64,000 nucleotides of DNA from the human T2T-CHM13v2.0 reference genome, Homo sapiens (GCF_009914755.1 NC_060932.1); one strand, 5' to 3'. Positions 1 to 17,351 are shown, counted from the stretch's first letter. A program made the numbers and translations. The notes: generated from the sequence alone by a model not told the origin.

Positions 1-750
1 GTTCTTACCCTCCAGAAAAGCAGGAAAGGGGTTGGGGTCCAGAGATACGAGGTTGGGGCATGGAAATAAGGGATCAGGGTGCAGAGATATAAGAGGTTGG
101 GGCATGGAAATAAGGGATCAGGGCACAGAGATGTGAGGTTGGGGTACTTGCCCCTCCCCCAGAAAAGCAGGACTTGCCACTAAGGGTGAAGGAGAAGGAG
201 TTGGGGGTTTATTGCCCCCCAGAAAGGCAGAGAAGGGGTAGAGACATGGAGAGAAGGGGTTGGGGTACTTGCCCCTCCCCTAGAAAAGCAGGACTTGCCA
301 CTAAGGGTGAAGGACCAAGGCAGGCGTCCCTGCGTGGCCTGACACCTCTGAAATGTGGGTGAATAATCAGAGAGGAATTCCTGCAATGATTAAACACCAA
401 GGGAAGGCTGCCTTCCCAGTCCATGACTGGTGCCAGAGTTTTGGGTCCACAGATAAAACATGTCTCCTTTGTCTCTACCAGAAGATGAAAGGAATTGAAA
501 TTAAGAGAAGGGAGAGATTGAAGTGTGGCGCCAAGATTGAAAGGAGAAAGAGGTTGAGAGATAGTGAGGGAGGTGGGAGAAGAGAGTAAAAAGAGGCTAC
601 TTACCAGATTTGAAATTGGTGAGATGTTTCTGGGGCTGGTCGGTCTGAGGACCTGAGGTCGTAGGTGGATCTTTCTCATGGAGCAAAGAACAGGAGGACA
701 GGGGATTGATCTCCCAAGGGAGGTCCCCCGATCTGAGTCACGGCATCAAA
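1..750 (-). mobile_element. HERV-H internal sequence (5' leader/pre-gag), continues off the left edge
   Basis: Directly follows LTR7 and a His-tRNA PBS on the minus strand; has the short repeated units typical of the HERV-H leader (agaaaagcaggacttgccactaagggtgaagga twice). Confidence 0.9.
731..748 (-). promoter_or_regulatory. Primer binding site, tRNA-His
   Basis: Minus strand reads TGATGCCGTGACTCAGAT, 16/18 to TGGTGCCGTGACTCGGAT, 2 nt after the LTR end. Confidence 0.9.
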
Positions 751-1162
751 TTTCATGCACGTCCAAGTGAAGAGACCACCAAACAGGCTTTGTGTGAGCA
801 ACATGGCTGTTTATTTCACCTGGGTGCAGGTGGGCTGAGTCCGAAAAGAGTCAGTGAAGGGAGATAGGGGTGGGGCCGTTTTATAATATTTGGGTAGTTA
901 AAGGAAAATTACAGTCAAAGGGGGTTGTTCTCTGGTGGGCAGGAGTGGGGGGTCACAAGGTACTCAGTGGGGGAGCTTTTGAGCCAGGATGAGCCAGGAG
1001 AAGGAATTTCACAAGACAATGTCATCAGTTAAGGCAGGAACAGGCCATTTTCACTTCTTTTGTGGTGGAATGTCATCAGTTAAGGCAGGAACCGGCCATC
1101 TGGATGTGTACGTGCAGGTCACAGGGGATATGATGGCTTAGCTTGGGCTCAGAGGCCTGACA
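751..1162 (-). mobile_element. LTR7-family 5' LTR of HERV-H
   Basis: Minus strand begins TGTCAGGCCTCTGAGCCCAAGCTAAGCC; duplicated CCTGCCTTAACTGATGACATT; TATAAAA at ~879-885; AATAAA at 810-815. Confidence 0.92.
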
Positions 1163-1966
1163 GTTTGAAATCAGGTACCGTGATCCCTCCAGGTTTGTTC
1201 TTTTTGCTTAGTCTTGTTTTGGCTATGCAGGCTCATTTTTGGTTCCATATGAATTTTAGGATTTTTTTTCTAGTTCTGTGAAGAATGATGGTGGTATTTT
1301 GATGGGAATTGCATTGAATTTATAGATCACTTTTGGCAGTATGGTCATTTTCTCAATATTGATTCTACCCATCCATGAGCATGGGATGTGTTTCCATTTG
1401 TTTGTGTCATCTATGATTTCTTTTAGCAGTGTTTTGTAGTTTTCCTTGTAGAGGTCTTTCACCTCCTTGGTTAGGAATATTCTGAAGTATTTCATTTTTT
1501 GCAGCTATTGTAAAAGGGGTTGAGCTCTTGATTTGATTCTCAGCTTGGTTGCTGTTGGTGTATAGCAGAGCTACTGATTTGTGTACATTAACTTTGTATC
1601 CTGAAATTTGCTAATTCACTTATCATTTATAGGAGCTTTTTGGAGGTGTCTTTAGGGTTTTCTAGGTATATGATCCTATCATCAACAAACAGTGACAGCT
1701 TGACTTCCTCTTTACTGGTTTGGATGCCCTTTGTTTTTTCTCTTTTCTAATTATTCTGGCTAGGACTTCCAGCACTATGTTGAATAGAAGTGGTGAGAGT
1801 GGGCATCTTTGTCTTGTTCCAGTTCTCAGAAGGAATGCTTTCAACTTTTACTCATTCAGTATTATGTTGGCTGTGGGTTTATCATAGATAGCTTTTATTA
1901 CATTGAGGTATGTCCCTTGTATGCCAATTTTGCTGAAGGTTTTAATCATAAAGGGATGCTGGATTT

Positions 1967-2937
1967 TGTAGGGTGCAGCCCTATGGGGCTTAGTGGGTGT
2001 TCTCCCCATATGTGGAGATGGGAGATTGTAATAAATAAAGACACAAGACAAAGAGATAAAGAGAAAGCAGTTCAGCCCAGGACCACTACCCTCAAGATGT
2101 GGAGACTGGTAGTGGCCCCGAATGGCTGGGCACACTGATATTTATTGCATACAATACAAGGGGCGCAGGATAAGGAGGGTGAATATTCTAAGTGATTGAC
2201 AAGGTGAAGCAAGTCACATGATCATAGGACACGGGGCTCTTCCCTTTTACGTAGCCAAAGCAGAGAGAGAAGGCAGCATACGTCAACATTTTCTTCTATG
2301 CACTTATAAGAAAGATCAAAAACTTTAAGACTTTCAGTATTTCTTCTACCGCTATCTACTACAAACTTCAAAGAGGAATCAGGAGTATGGGAGGAACACG
2401 AAAGTGGACAAGGAGCGTGAACATTGAAGCACAGCACCACGGGGGTGGGGGGAGGCGGTTTAGGCCTCCGGATGACTGTGGGCAGCCCTGGATAATATCC
2501 AGCCTTCCACAAGAAGCTGGCAGAGCAGACTGTTCCCTGACTCCTCCAAGGAAAGGAGATTCCCTTTCACGATCTGCTAAGTAATGGGTGTCTTCCCAGA
2601 CACTGGTGTTACCGCTTGACCAAGGAGCCCTCAAGCAGCCCTTATGTGGGCGTGACAGAGGGCTCACCTCTTGCCTTCTAGGTCACTTCTCACAATGTCC
2701 CTTCAGCACGTGACCCTATACCCAGTGGTTATTCCTAGGTTATATTAGTAATGCAACAAAGAGTAATATTAAAAGTTAATGATTAATGTTTATAATAATG
2801 ATTGATAATTGTCCATGATCATCTCTATATCTAATTTGTATTATGACTATTCTTATTCTAACTATTTTCTTTATTATACTGAAACAGTTTGTGCCTTCTG
2901 TCTCTTGCCTCGGCACCTAGGTAATCTTTCACCCACA
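1967..2937 (-). mobile_element. Solo LTR13A-like (ERVK class) inside L1 ORF2
   Basis: TG...CA ends, 971 bp, perfect 6-bp TSD ggattt (1961-1966/2938-2943); minus strand starts TGTGGGTGAAAGATTACCTAGGTGCCGAGGCAAGAGAC. Confidence 0.82.
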
Positions 2938-3374
2938 GGATTTTGCCAAATGCTTTTTCTGTGTCTGTTGAGATGATCATGTGATTTTTGTTTTTAATTC
3001 TGTTTATGTGGTGTGTCACATTTATTGACTTGCATATGTTAAACCATCCCTGCATCCCTGGTATGAAACCCACTTGATCATGGTGGATTATCTTTTTGAT
3101 ATGTGTTGGATTCAGTTAGCTGCATTTTGTTAAGGATTTTTGCATCTATGTTCATCAGGGATATTGGTCTGTAGTTTTTTTTTTTGTTTGTTATGTTCTT
3201 TCCTGGTTTTTGTATTAGGGTGATACTGGCTTCATACAGTGATTTAGGGAGGATTCCTAAATTTGTATCTTTCCAGGAATTTATCCATCTCCTCTAGGTT
3301 TTCTAGTTTATGCATATAAAGCTTTTCCTAGTAGCCTTGAATGATCTTTTGTATTTCTGTGGTGTTGGTTGTAA

Positions 3375-3717
<343 letters not shown>

Positions 3718-4880
3718 TAATCTTCCTAATGTTCTATCAATTTTATTTATCTTTTCAAAGAGCCAGCTTTTTGTTTCATTTATCTTTTGTATTTTGTTTT
3801 TGTTGTTTCAATTTCATTTAGTTCTGCTCTGATCTTGGTTATTTCCTTTCTTCTGCTGGATTTGGGTTTGGTTTGTTCTTGTTTCTCTAGTTCCTTGAGT
3901 GTGACCTTAGATGGTCTATTTGTGTTCTTTCAGACTTTTTGATGAAGATATTTAAGGCTATGAACTTTCCTCTTACCACCACCTTTGCTGTATCCCAGAG
4001 GTTTTGATAGGTTTTGTCACTATTGTTGTTCAGTTTGAATAATTTTTTAATTTCTATCTTGATTTCATTGTTGACCCAATGATAATTCAGGAGCAGGTTA
4101 TTTAATTTCCATGTATTTGCATGGTTTTGAAGGTTTCCTTTGGAGTTGATTTCCAGCTTATTCCACTGTGGTCTAAGAGAGTACTTGATATAATTTCAAT
4201 TTTCTTAAATTTATTGAGACTTCTTTTGTGGCCTATTATATATGTTCTATCTTGGAGAAAGTTCCATGCATTGATGAATAGAATGTATATTCTGCAGTTA
4301 TTGGATAGAATGTTCTGTAAATATCTATTAAGTCTGTTTGTTCCAGAGTATAGTGTAAATCCATTGTTTCTTTATTAACTTTCTGTCTTGATGACCTATC
4401 TAGTGCTGTTGGTGGAGTACTGAAGTCCTCCACTGTTATTGTGTTACTGTCTATCTCATTACTTAGGTCTAGTGGTAATTGTTTTATAAATTTGGGAGCT
4501 CAAGTTTTAGGTGCATATATATTTAGGATTGTGATATTTTCCTGTTGGACAAGGCCCTTTATCATTATATGTTTCTCTTTGTCTTTTTTAACTGCTGTTG
4601 CTTTAAAATCTGTTTTGTCTGATATAAGAATAGCTACTCCTGTTTGCTTTTGGTGTCCATTTGCATGGAATGTCTTTTTCCTTAAAATATTCCATGCAAA
4701 TGGACATTAAGTTTATGTGAGTCCTTACGTGTTTACCTTAAGTTTATGTGAGTCCTTATGGGTTAGGTGAGGAGTCTCTTGAAGGCAGCAGATACTTGGT
4801 TGGTGAATTCTTACCCATTCTGCAATTCTGTATCTTTTAGGTGGAATATTTAGGCCATTTACATCCAATATTAGTATTGA

Positions 4881-5231
<351 letters not shown>

Positions 5232-7420
5232 ACCTTGGTTTTTTTAAATTGTATTTTTGTTTTATAGGTCCTGTGAGATTTATGCTTTAAGGAGGTTCTG
5301 TTTTGATGTGTTTCCAGGATTTGTTTCAAGATTTAGAGCTCTTTTAGCAGTTTTGTAGTGCTGGCTTGGTAGTGGTGAATTATGTCAGCATTTGTCTGAA
5401 AAAGATTGTGTCTTTCCTTCATTTATGAAGCTTAGTTTCACTGGGTATAAAATTCTTGGCTGATAATTGTTTTGTTTAAGGAGGCTGAAGATAGGGCCCT
5501 AATCCCTTCTATTTTGTAGAGTTTCTGCCGAGAAATCTGTTGTTAACCTGATAGGTTTATCTTTATAGATTACCTGGTGCTTTTGCCTCACAGCTCTTAA
5601 GATTCTTTCCTTCATCTTGACTTTAGATAACCTGATGACAATGTGCCTAGGTGATGATCTTTTTGTGATGAATTTCCCAGGTGTTTTTTTCAGCTTCTTG
5701 TATTTGGATGTCTAGGTCTCTAGCAAGGCTGGGGAAGTTTTCCTTGATTATTCCCCCAGATACATTTCCCAAACTTTTAGATTTCTCTTCCTCCTCAGGA
5801 ATGCCAATTATTCTTAGGTTTGGTTAACATAATTCCAAACTTCTTGGAGGCTATGTTCATTTTATTAATTTTTTTCTTTGTTGGTTTGGGTTAATTCAAA
5901 AACTTTGTCTTTGAGCTCTGAAGTTCTTTCTTCTGTTTGTTCAATTCTATCGCTGACATTTTCCAGAAAATTTTGCATTTCTCTAAGTGTGTCCTTTATT
6001 TCCTGAAGTTGTGATTGTTTTTTATTTATGCTATCTATTTCACTAAAGATTCCCCTCATTTCTTGTATCATTTTTTGGATTTCCTTAAATTGGACTTCAC
6101 TTTTCTTTGGTGCCTCCTTAATTAGCTTAATAATTGACCTTCTGAATTCTTTATCAGGTAAGTCAGGGATTTCTTCTTGGTTTGGATCCATTGCTGGGGA
6201 GCTAGTGTGATTTTGGGGGGTGTTAAATAACCTCATTTTGTCATGTTACCAGAATTGTTTTTCTGGTTCCTTCTCATTTGGGTAGGCTATATCAGGGGAA
6301 GATCTGCTGCTCAAGGCTACTGTTCAGATTCTTTTGTCCCATGTGGTATTCTTTTGATGTAGTACTTCCTGGGAGCTGAGCTGTAGTGATTGTTATTTTT
6401 CTCCTGGACCTAACCACCCAGCAGGGCTACCAGGCTCTGGTCTGGTATCAGGGGTTGTCTGCACAGACTCGTGTGATGTGAATCATCTTCAGTTCTCACA
6501 GCCATGGATACCAGCACCTGCTCCAGTGGAGGTGGCAGGGGAGTGAAATGGACTTTGTGAAGGTCCATAGTTGTGGTTGTTTAATGCACTATTTTTGTGC
6601 TGGTTGGCCTCCTGCCAGGAGGTGGTGCTTCCAAGAAAGCATCAGCTGTGGTAGTATAGGAAGGATCAGGCAGTGGGCAGGGCCCTAGAACTCCCAAGAG
6701 AATATGACTTTTGTCCTCAGCTACCAGGGTGGGTAGGGAAGGACCATCATGTGTGGGGAGGGTTAGGCATGTCTGAGCTCAGACTCTCCTTGGGTAGGGC
6801 TTGCTGCTGCTGCTGTGGGGTTGGGAGTATGGTTCCCAGGTCAATGGAGTTGTTCCCAGGAGGATTATGGCTGCCTCTGCTGTGTCATGCAGATTGTCAG
6901 GGAAGTGGAGGAAAGCTGGCAGTTACAGGCCTCACCTAGCTCCCATGCAACCCTAAAGGCCAGTCTCATTTTCACTGTGCATCCCCCCAATGGCACTGAG
7001 TTTGTTTCTAAGCAGTGGGTGAGCAGGGCTGGAACTTTCTACAGGTTACCAGCCTCCCAGCTAAGAAAGCAAGGAGGGCATTCGTGCCTCCCCACCTGCC
7101 AAGTCTGCACACTGAATTCACACACTCATGTGAGTTCTGGCCAGGAGACTTCATGTTTGGTTGGAATTGCTACAAAGTTCAGCTGGAGGTTTCCTTCTCC
7201 CTTTGGTCTTTTCCCAGTTCCTCTGGCAGCCCTCCCCAAGGACCCCTGTGAGACAAGGTAGAAATGGCTTCCCAGGGCTTTTCCCACTGCTTCCTCTAAC
7301 CCTGTATTTTGCTTGGCTCTCGAATTTGATGCAGCTCCAGGTAAGGTCAGATCCTTCTCCTGTGATCTAGACCCTCAGGTTCCTCAGTGAGGATGTGTGT
7401 TTGGGGTTGAATGATCCCTA

Positions 7421-8462
<1,042 letters not shown>

Positions 8463-8934
8463 ATGGGGACTTGAGAGAAAAAAATTTCAGAAAAAAACTA
8501 TAGTACACCTGTTATGGGATTCTATCCCCAACCACTGTTTTTGAGCTCTTATTATTTTCCTACAACTTGGACTAAATCCTAAATCATGTCCTTGCTACAA
8601 GTCTCTAAAAATAGACTGGGTTTTAATTTTCATGTTTTTAATTGACCTCCCAATGGAATAGGGTTTTAAAAAATTTCTGGCATATAAATTTTTTAAAATT
8701 CTTATGTACATTATATTTCTACTACATATCTCTCATTGTTATACTTGTTCTGAGAAAACTAATTCCGTGGTACTCCAAAGGCTAGAGATGATTCCACAAG
8801 TAATAACAGCTACAAATCAATGTCTTTGACAGGACTATTGGAAATGAACATTCCCAGTGACAAGGGACACCTTGACACTCATATTTTGATCATCAAAGCT
8901 TTCTAGAAGAAAGACTTTTTATCAAGAGGGGGAG

Positions 8935-9680
8935 ATGAGAGAAAGCTTTTATCTGAGGAGTGTGAGTGTTTTTAATTATTAGGCCCAGAGCAGCATTAAA
9001 AGAAAACAGTAATGACATCCTACTCCCCGACTTTTTAGCTATGCATTCATCTCCTGAAACTGCTTGCTATTGCCACAAGTAGCTACAAATTAACCTAAAC
9101 ATGCCATGCTGAGCACTAAAACCCACACCCCATAGTTTAACAATGTAAAGCCAATCAATAGCTTATTTTAATGTAAATTCTTTGTAAATAACTCAGGAAC
9201 AGCCTCTTTTTTCCCTTTAAAAATCAATTTATAGGCTGGAAGTGGTGGCTTATGCCTGTAATCCCAGTACTTTGGGAGGTTGAGGTGTGAGGATCACTTG
9301 AGGCAGGGAGTTTGAGACCAGCCTAAGCAACACAGCAAGACCCTGTCTCTACAAAAGACTTTCAAAAAATGAGCTGCGCATGGTAGTGTATGTCTGTAGT
9401 CCTAGCTACTGATGGGGCCAAGGTGGGAGGATTGCTTGAGCCCAGGAATTCAAGGTTATACAGAGCTATGATTGTACCACTGCACTCCAGCCTGGACAAC
9501 AGAGCAAGACCCTGTCTCTGTTAAAAAATGAAAAAAAAAAAAAAATCCACTATAACTGCTGCTAACAGGAGTGTATTTTCAGGACAAATTAAGTCTTTGA
9601 TCCTGGGTTACAATCCTCAAGTTTGGCCTAAATAAACTGTCTACTTACATTAATTTTGCCTCAGCTTCTTCCTTTTAGGT
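8935..9680 (+). mobile_element. Old ERV1 (MER4-group-like) LTR interrupted by an Alu
   Basis: LTR-like layout (CCAAT, later AATAAA at ~9632); resemblance from recall, subfamily not determined. Confidence 0.4.
9233..9544 (+). mobile_element. Alu (J-like)
   Basis: Diverged dimer with A-tail. Confidence 0.88.
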
Positions 9681-10020
9681 CATGTGGAATAAGGACAGTG
9701 AGAAATAGGTCTTGATATATCTCTTTCCTTGATTGTCTTTCTCTTTCAGCTGAATGCCAAGGCAGAAAGAAATGAAGAGTGGGAGCTTTTGAGGGTAAGG
9801 CTTTGTTATTCAAGCCTGGGCTGTCGCAGGTGTAAATGTCACCTCTCCTGCCCATAGGCCTTGGGTGCACAACCATTGAGGTCCTTGGTTCCTAGAGCCA
9901 GGTCTTCTCAGAAATGGGATTCTGAGAAAGAATTTGTGCGAGGGAATGAAAATGTGGACCCTTCTTCTCACTCTGCTCTGCTCTCCTGGGGATGACCCAT
10001 GGATGGAGCTGGGTAGGGGT

Positions 10021-10880
10021 TATAAGTCAAAATTAAAATTCTAAGCCCACCACAAACAATGAACTCCTCCTCTCAGACAAGGTCATTCCAAAGTTAACCT
10101 GAAAAACTAGTTCAGTCCATAACAGGAAGAGGGGGCCAGGCATGCTTCATTATACTCTCCTCCCTTTGGGGCTCAGGTACAACTGACCAGCATTAACATT
10201 AAAACAGAGATCTTAAGATTTTTTATAACAATAATACACCAAATTCCAGCCTGGCTCAAATATAGCATCATATGTCAGAGTGCAGGCCTTGAATGGAATG
10301 AAAGCATTTTACCCTAAAATGTATTTCTTTGATATATTTTGAAATGCCCTGCAAAGCTGTTGTGGAGAAAATCTTCATTCTGTAGAGAATCCCTTTTCCT
10401 TTTCAGGTCTTTTCCTCGATCCAGGAGAGAATTAACCAAGAGTCTGGCACCTTTTAAAGTCAGATAAGAAACATTTAAAATCTGTTTTCTCTGAAGCCTG
10501 CTACCTGGAGGCTTCATCTACATAATAAGAACCTTTGTCTCAACAACCCTTTATTTTAACCCATACACTCCCTTCTACAGATTCTAGGTCTTTAGATAAA
10601 CTCTGCACCAAATGCCCATCAGAAAATCTTTGAATCTGCCTATAAATTGGAAGCCCCTGCTTCCAGTTGTCCCGCCCTTCTGGATCAAACCAATGTACAT
10701 CTTATATGTATTGATTGATGTCTTATGTCTCCCTAAAATGTATAAAACCAAGCTGTAGCCTGACCAACTTGGGCACATGTTCTCAAGATCTTCTGGGGCT
10801 GCATCATGGGCCATTGGTCACTTGTATTTGGCCCAGAATAAATCTCTTCAAATATTTTACAGTTTCACTCTTTGTTGACA
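10021..10880 (+). mobile_element. MER4-family solo LTR (ERV1)
   Basis: aaaattctaagcc...ccaaagttaacctgaaaaactagttcag start; agaataaatctcttcaaatattttacag...tgaca end. Confidence 0.75.
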
Positions 10881-12666
10881 GTGTCCTACTCACTTAGGAT
10901 AGAGACATGGGAGAATCACTGGACCTTGGAGGCAAAATGTTGAGGTCCTGACTTTGGACACATTGTCATCATCTCTAAATATCAGGCCCCTTCTGTGAGA
11001 GAGTATGTGGCCTCCCAGCAGGACCTGGTGCTATGACAGTCACCTGGTGAGGTGCAACAGCTCTGTGTAAAGGACACAGCACTGCACATGTTCAGCTTTG
11101 CTGTTATGGTCACTGACCTCACAGCTTGAGTATGAATTCCTGGAGCTCTAAGGATCTAATTTTGAAGTAGTCAGTGCCTAAAGAAAGATTCAACTCAGCC
11201 TCCAACCAGGACCCTTTGCTCCTACTTTCAACTACTATATGCCACGCTCTTGTTTCCAGCTCACAGAATCACCTGAGAGGCCTCACAGTGATAATGGGCC
11301 AACTCTCACTTGAGAAAACTGGTTCATCTCTTCCCTTGTTCCAGATACCCCGTCCTCATTTCCCATGGAATTTCAGGGCCCCAGGGAGCATGGGATTGAG
11401 CTGGGAAGGAGAAACTTAGGGAATGAATTGACAGGACATGTTGGTAAGAGGGATGAAAGCAGCATCAGAACCAGGGATGTGGGGTCCCTGTCAGGATACC
11501 TGGCTGTCTGTCCTTTCCTGGATGCACAGTTTGCTTCTTGCTCTTACAGGCACCTGCACAAGCTCCAATTTGAGGACAGAAAGGGATATTATGTATTCTA
11601 GGTCTGATAAATAACCATGGGGTAGGTTCAGGGACTCTACAACTTCATTACTTGGCTCCATAAGCTCCTACCCTGGAGAACAACAGTAATATATTGGTTC
11701 CCAGGTTTTAACATCAATTCAGAGCCAAAGTCCAGTAATCCCTGTCCTAGCCCAATCAGCCTCAGACTACAAGGAATAAACCTGCACTCCAACAAAATCA
11801 GAGTTATTGACCCATTACAATGAGGGTGATAACACCCCAGAACCGTGGGGTGTCTCACCAACTAAAGAAAACATAAGTTATTGTAAGAGTTTGGGGAAGG
11901 GTGGAGTTTAAGTGAAATTTAAATAAAGCAGTGTTTTAATGGGCATGCAGCAAAGCAGGGTTGCGAGTAATGGGTCATCAGGTCTGGACTGTGAAGTACA
12001 CCCAGGCTCATTTCCTTGGGAACCACAAAATTAAGATAGGTGTAGAATACGGTGTCCAAAAACTTCTTACATGAATTGGGTTGTAAATTGAGGCTGTTTC
12101 TCTATGTCAAAGTGACAGATCTGCCAGGAAAGAGTAGAGTGTTCCATTCTTACTGATATAACTTCTAACATGTTTCTGTTAGTCTATAAGAGAACAAAGT
12201 TTCTCAGTAAGAAAGCAGAGGTGAAATTTTATGACATTCTACAGCTCATATATCTCTGGCAGAAATAGTTTCTTATTAACTTTACAGCTGGTTTTATCTG
12301 TTATTCCAGTCTGATTAATAGCTTAACAGATTTTTCTTTCTCCATCCAAGATGTTACTTCCTTATCCTTAAAAAAGTGGGTATTCTTGTCCTCTGATATA
12401 TAGTTACCCTGGTAAATGTCCACATTCCCTTTGGCAAAGGGGATAAGATTTATAGCATAAAATTTGGAAAGTGTAGCAAGACCTTTCAAGGGAAATCTAG
12501 CCTCCTCTTGTTTCATGAGGTTCTAGGTCTGAACTGGCTCAAGCCTAGGAAGTAAGTGAAGGTCGATGACTGTTGTGCTGATCCAAGTCAGGTGTCTGTA
12601 AAGGCTTAATGACTCACTGATACTGATAAAGACTTTAGTGGGCGGTCTACCTATTTCAGTCCATAG

Positions 12667-13253
<587 letters not shown>

Positions 13254-14041
13254 TAAATCCATTTTCATAACAGTCTCTCCTACTTCCTTTGATAGACTAT
13301 ATAAAACAGCCACTACAGAGTCTTTCCTGGACGTTACTATTCCCTCATCAATGCACTTCTCTAAGCCTGGGTGAAAGGAGTGCCCTCTTGCACCTCCTGA
13401 ACCTTTGAATCCATTCTCTGTTGTAAAATCAGGCAATTCTGCATGTCAGCCTCACTCAATGGAGGCCATGACCAAATATAGACTTCCATTAACAAGCTGC
13501 TACTGCAACTAGCACAGTGAATCCACAGCCTGCCATGTGTGCACTCATATAACAAACCCAGTCCAATCCAACATTACATTATCTCTAGTTGAACAGCCTT
13601 AGAATCTGCTCCCTTTCATATCACCCACACTTCTGCCAACAGTAAGCTGGAAAAATCTTCCAATTATTTGGCACTCTCTCTCTCAGGTCACACTTTTCCC
13701 TCATTTCCCAGGTCTCCTGGAGTTTCACTACAGGAAGCAATCAAAGTTGGTCGATATTGGGAACAATCCACACTCCCCTGCAAAGTGACAGCTTTAAGAA
13801 TAATGTGTGTAGCTGCAGGTAATTGATTTTGACGTAGTTTTCTGCTATATTATACTTACAATCAAACTTCTTTTCTCCCCCTCTCCATGAACACTGGACT
13901 TGTTTTTCCTTTTTTTTTTTTTTTTGTTGCTATTACAGGAACAGCTGCTATTAAACATTTTGGGACACATCTTCTAGTTCTCATGCAAGTACCTCCCCAA
14001 CATGTATGTGCAGGAGTGGAACTGGGTTGTGGGTTACATAA

Positions 14042-14424
<383 letters not shown>

Positions 14425-15424
14425 TAAATATATTTGGTGTCATTCTCTGTCAGATCTTTAATTTTTGCCAACCTAGTGAGGGTAAAATGACATCTTGTAA
14501 TATCATTTTGCATGTCTGTGATTAATAATGACCTTTGCCCCTCTTTTCATACAGGTTGGTCATGGGAGGGTTTTGGGTGATGAAGAAGCCTTGGCAGGTT
14601 TCGTGGCAGAGAAAAATCCAACTAAGTCATGCTGCCTGGAGAGTCAGGGCCTCATAAATTGGGATTAGAGGCAGGAGTTTTAGTCCTAAAGATCTTACAG
14701 ATTCCCAACCATACAAAGTGCCTCCCACCTTACATGAAAATGGGCAATAATGGAATCCACTGATTACATTTTAATGTTTGTGAATACACATATAAAACAC
14801 ACATTAACCTTAACAATTGGTGGGGAAGATTGGCAGCACAGGACTATGCACAACAAATTAGCAGGCACTAAGGCAGAATATCTTTTACACCAGAAAGACC
14901 AAATCTGTCCCTTTCTGATGCACATCTTCAGTTTTGGGTCATGAGCTAGTGGTGGAGGTCAAGGCCAAGGTCAACCTAAGAAGTCTACAATAGCATGCAT
15001 CAATGGAAATGCTGCAGAACAAACATGGAGGAAAAAGTAAAAATGCTCTTGTAACCATCAACACCTGCAAATATGCCACTTACTCTTTTTCTCTTGTGAG
15101 TGCAGTGAGCATGACTAAACACAGTAGCTCTCTGGGAAGAGCAAGAATAAAGGAGTCTTCAGAATGAGTTGTAAGATATGTATGATGCTTACAAAGTGGA
15201 GTTCACAATTGTCCTGTTTAATGTCAGTCTCCTTATTTTAAGAATGCTTCAGGTGACAAAGGCCTGTGTCAGCAGTATGGATCATGATGAGATTCCTGGA
15301 AAGCTGAACCTCTGCTGGTACAGGCATAAAACTCCTCCAGAAATGGCTTCTTTTTATTAACTAAAGAAACTGAAAATGCCTTTCTCCTCTCAATTTTAAT
15401 GTAAGTGGTTAAGAAGCCAGGAGA

Positions 15425-15583
15425 GGCCGGTGTGGTGGTACACAGCTGTAGTCCCTGCTACTCATGAAGTTGAGGCAGGGGAATCACTTGAGCCCAGGAG
15501 TTCAAGGTTACAGTGAGCTATGACTGCACCACTGCACTCCACCCTGTGCAACATGATACAGCATGATACTGTCTCAAAAAAAA
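15425..15583 (+). mobile_element. Alu monomer (FLAM/FRAM-like)
   Basis: Single arm with A-tail. Confidence 0.8.
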
Positions 15584-15898
15584 ATGCTAGGAAGTACCAA
15601 GTGTATGATTGCTCTATGCCAATCATCAAATAGAGCAGAGACCATCTAGCTCCCAACCAATATTAATGCCATCACCAAGCCAAGTAATTAGGAAACAGAA
15701 ATTTGACTTGAATAGAGAACATTAAAAGCCATGATAAATAAAATTCAGTATGATTTGGATGAAATATTTAATGGAAAATAAAAACATATTCCAAACTGAT
15801 AAGGTTAATCTGGAGAAATGTTTTAGCCATAAAACCCAAAACCGGATTTGAGTAAATACCGAGGTTCTTAGTTAAGTAAACACCTCCATCTTATGTAA

Positions 15899-16275
<377 letters not shown>

Positions 16276-17351
16276 TCCTTTTGTCATCTCTTGATGGAAC
16301 CTCAAAGAAGAGATCCTTGGGGGAAACTGAATTTCTTTTTGCTTCCTTCTTAAAAGTTCTTCTCTAGAAGAAGTTGTAACTGGGTAACAAGCTCTAAGTC
16401 CCTGGATCAGCCTGCAGGCAAGAGAGCTGGGTGAATTGACATTTAAGTTTTGACTTAACTTCAGGAGATTAAGGTTTCCAGCCACCTCAGGAAAAGCCAT
16501 GAACTCTGTTCTTGCAGTGTAACATAGCTATCTGTGATGGGTAAGTGAAGCCATAAGCCACAGGCTCCCACCCTTGGACATTTTCCTGATTTTTCTTCAT
16601 GACAACATATCTAGAAGACCCATCTACCAAATCCTGTTTAAGTAAAATGTACAATTTCCCATTTTGAATTAGTTGGATATATTGGGCCAGCTACAAGACT
16701 GCAAGCTCCTTGCTGGCAGCGTCTTAACTCTTGGAAACCTGGAGGTGGATTACAGTGTTATCTGACTTTTTAGCAAGGTCTCAACTATTTTAATCTACAC
16801 AAAGACTCACCTTATTCCTTGACAAACTTTTGCTTATAATCATGTTTCTCTTCCCTGTGAATTGAAGCTTAAGGTATCATATTCCTTATAACAGAATAAA
16901 AACGTTTTGAAGAGGCCCAAACAAACAAAGAAAACCCTAGCCTGGTTCCATCACACTTGGAAGTGCAAGGATCTCAACTACTTTCTTTGAAGTTGAAATA
17001 AATCATACAAAAAAAAAAAAAAAAAAAAGCAAAGCAAAGCAAAGTAAGTGGTCTCCAGTGAAATACCTAACTGTACCTTAGGGTCTGGTGCCATGAAATG
17101 CATCTAAATAATTAAGTTTCACATATCTACAGGGCTCAAGAAGGGGGCTCATCCTCTGAATCTGAAGCAAGGTGTGCTATTGTGGGATTGCTGCTATATA
17201 CTTCAGCAGCCTGCCTTTAGTTAGCAGCTCACTGGGAGAGTGAAATCCCTTAAGAGCTGAATCTCCAAAAGGAAAACCATAAAGTGACTCATTTCTCACG
17301 AGTATGACTCTCATATAATGTATAACTGTGAAGAATTTATAGACTAATCAG

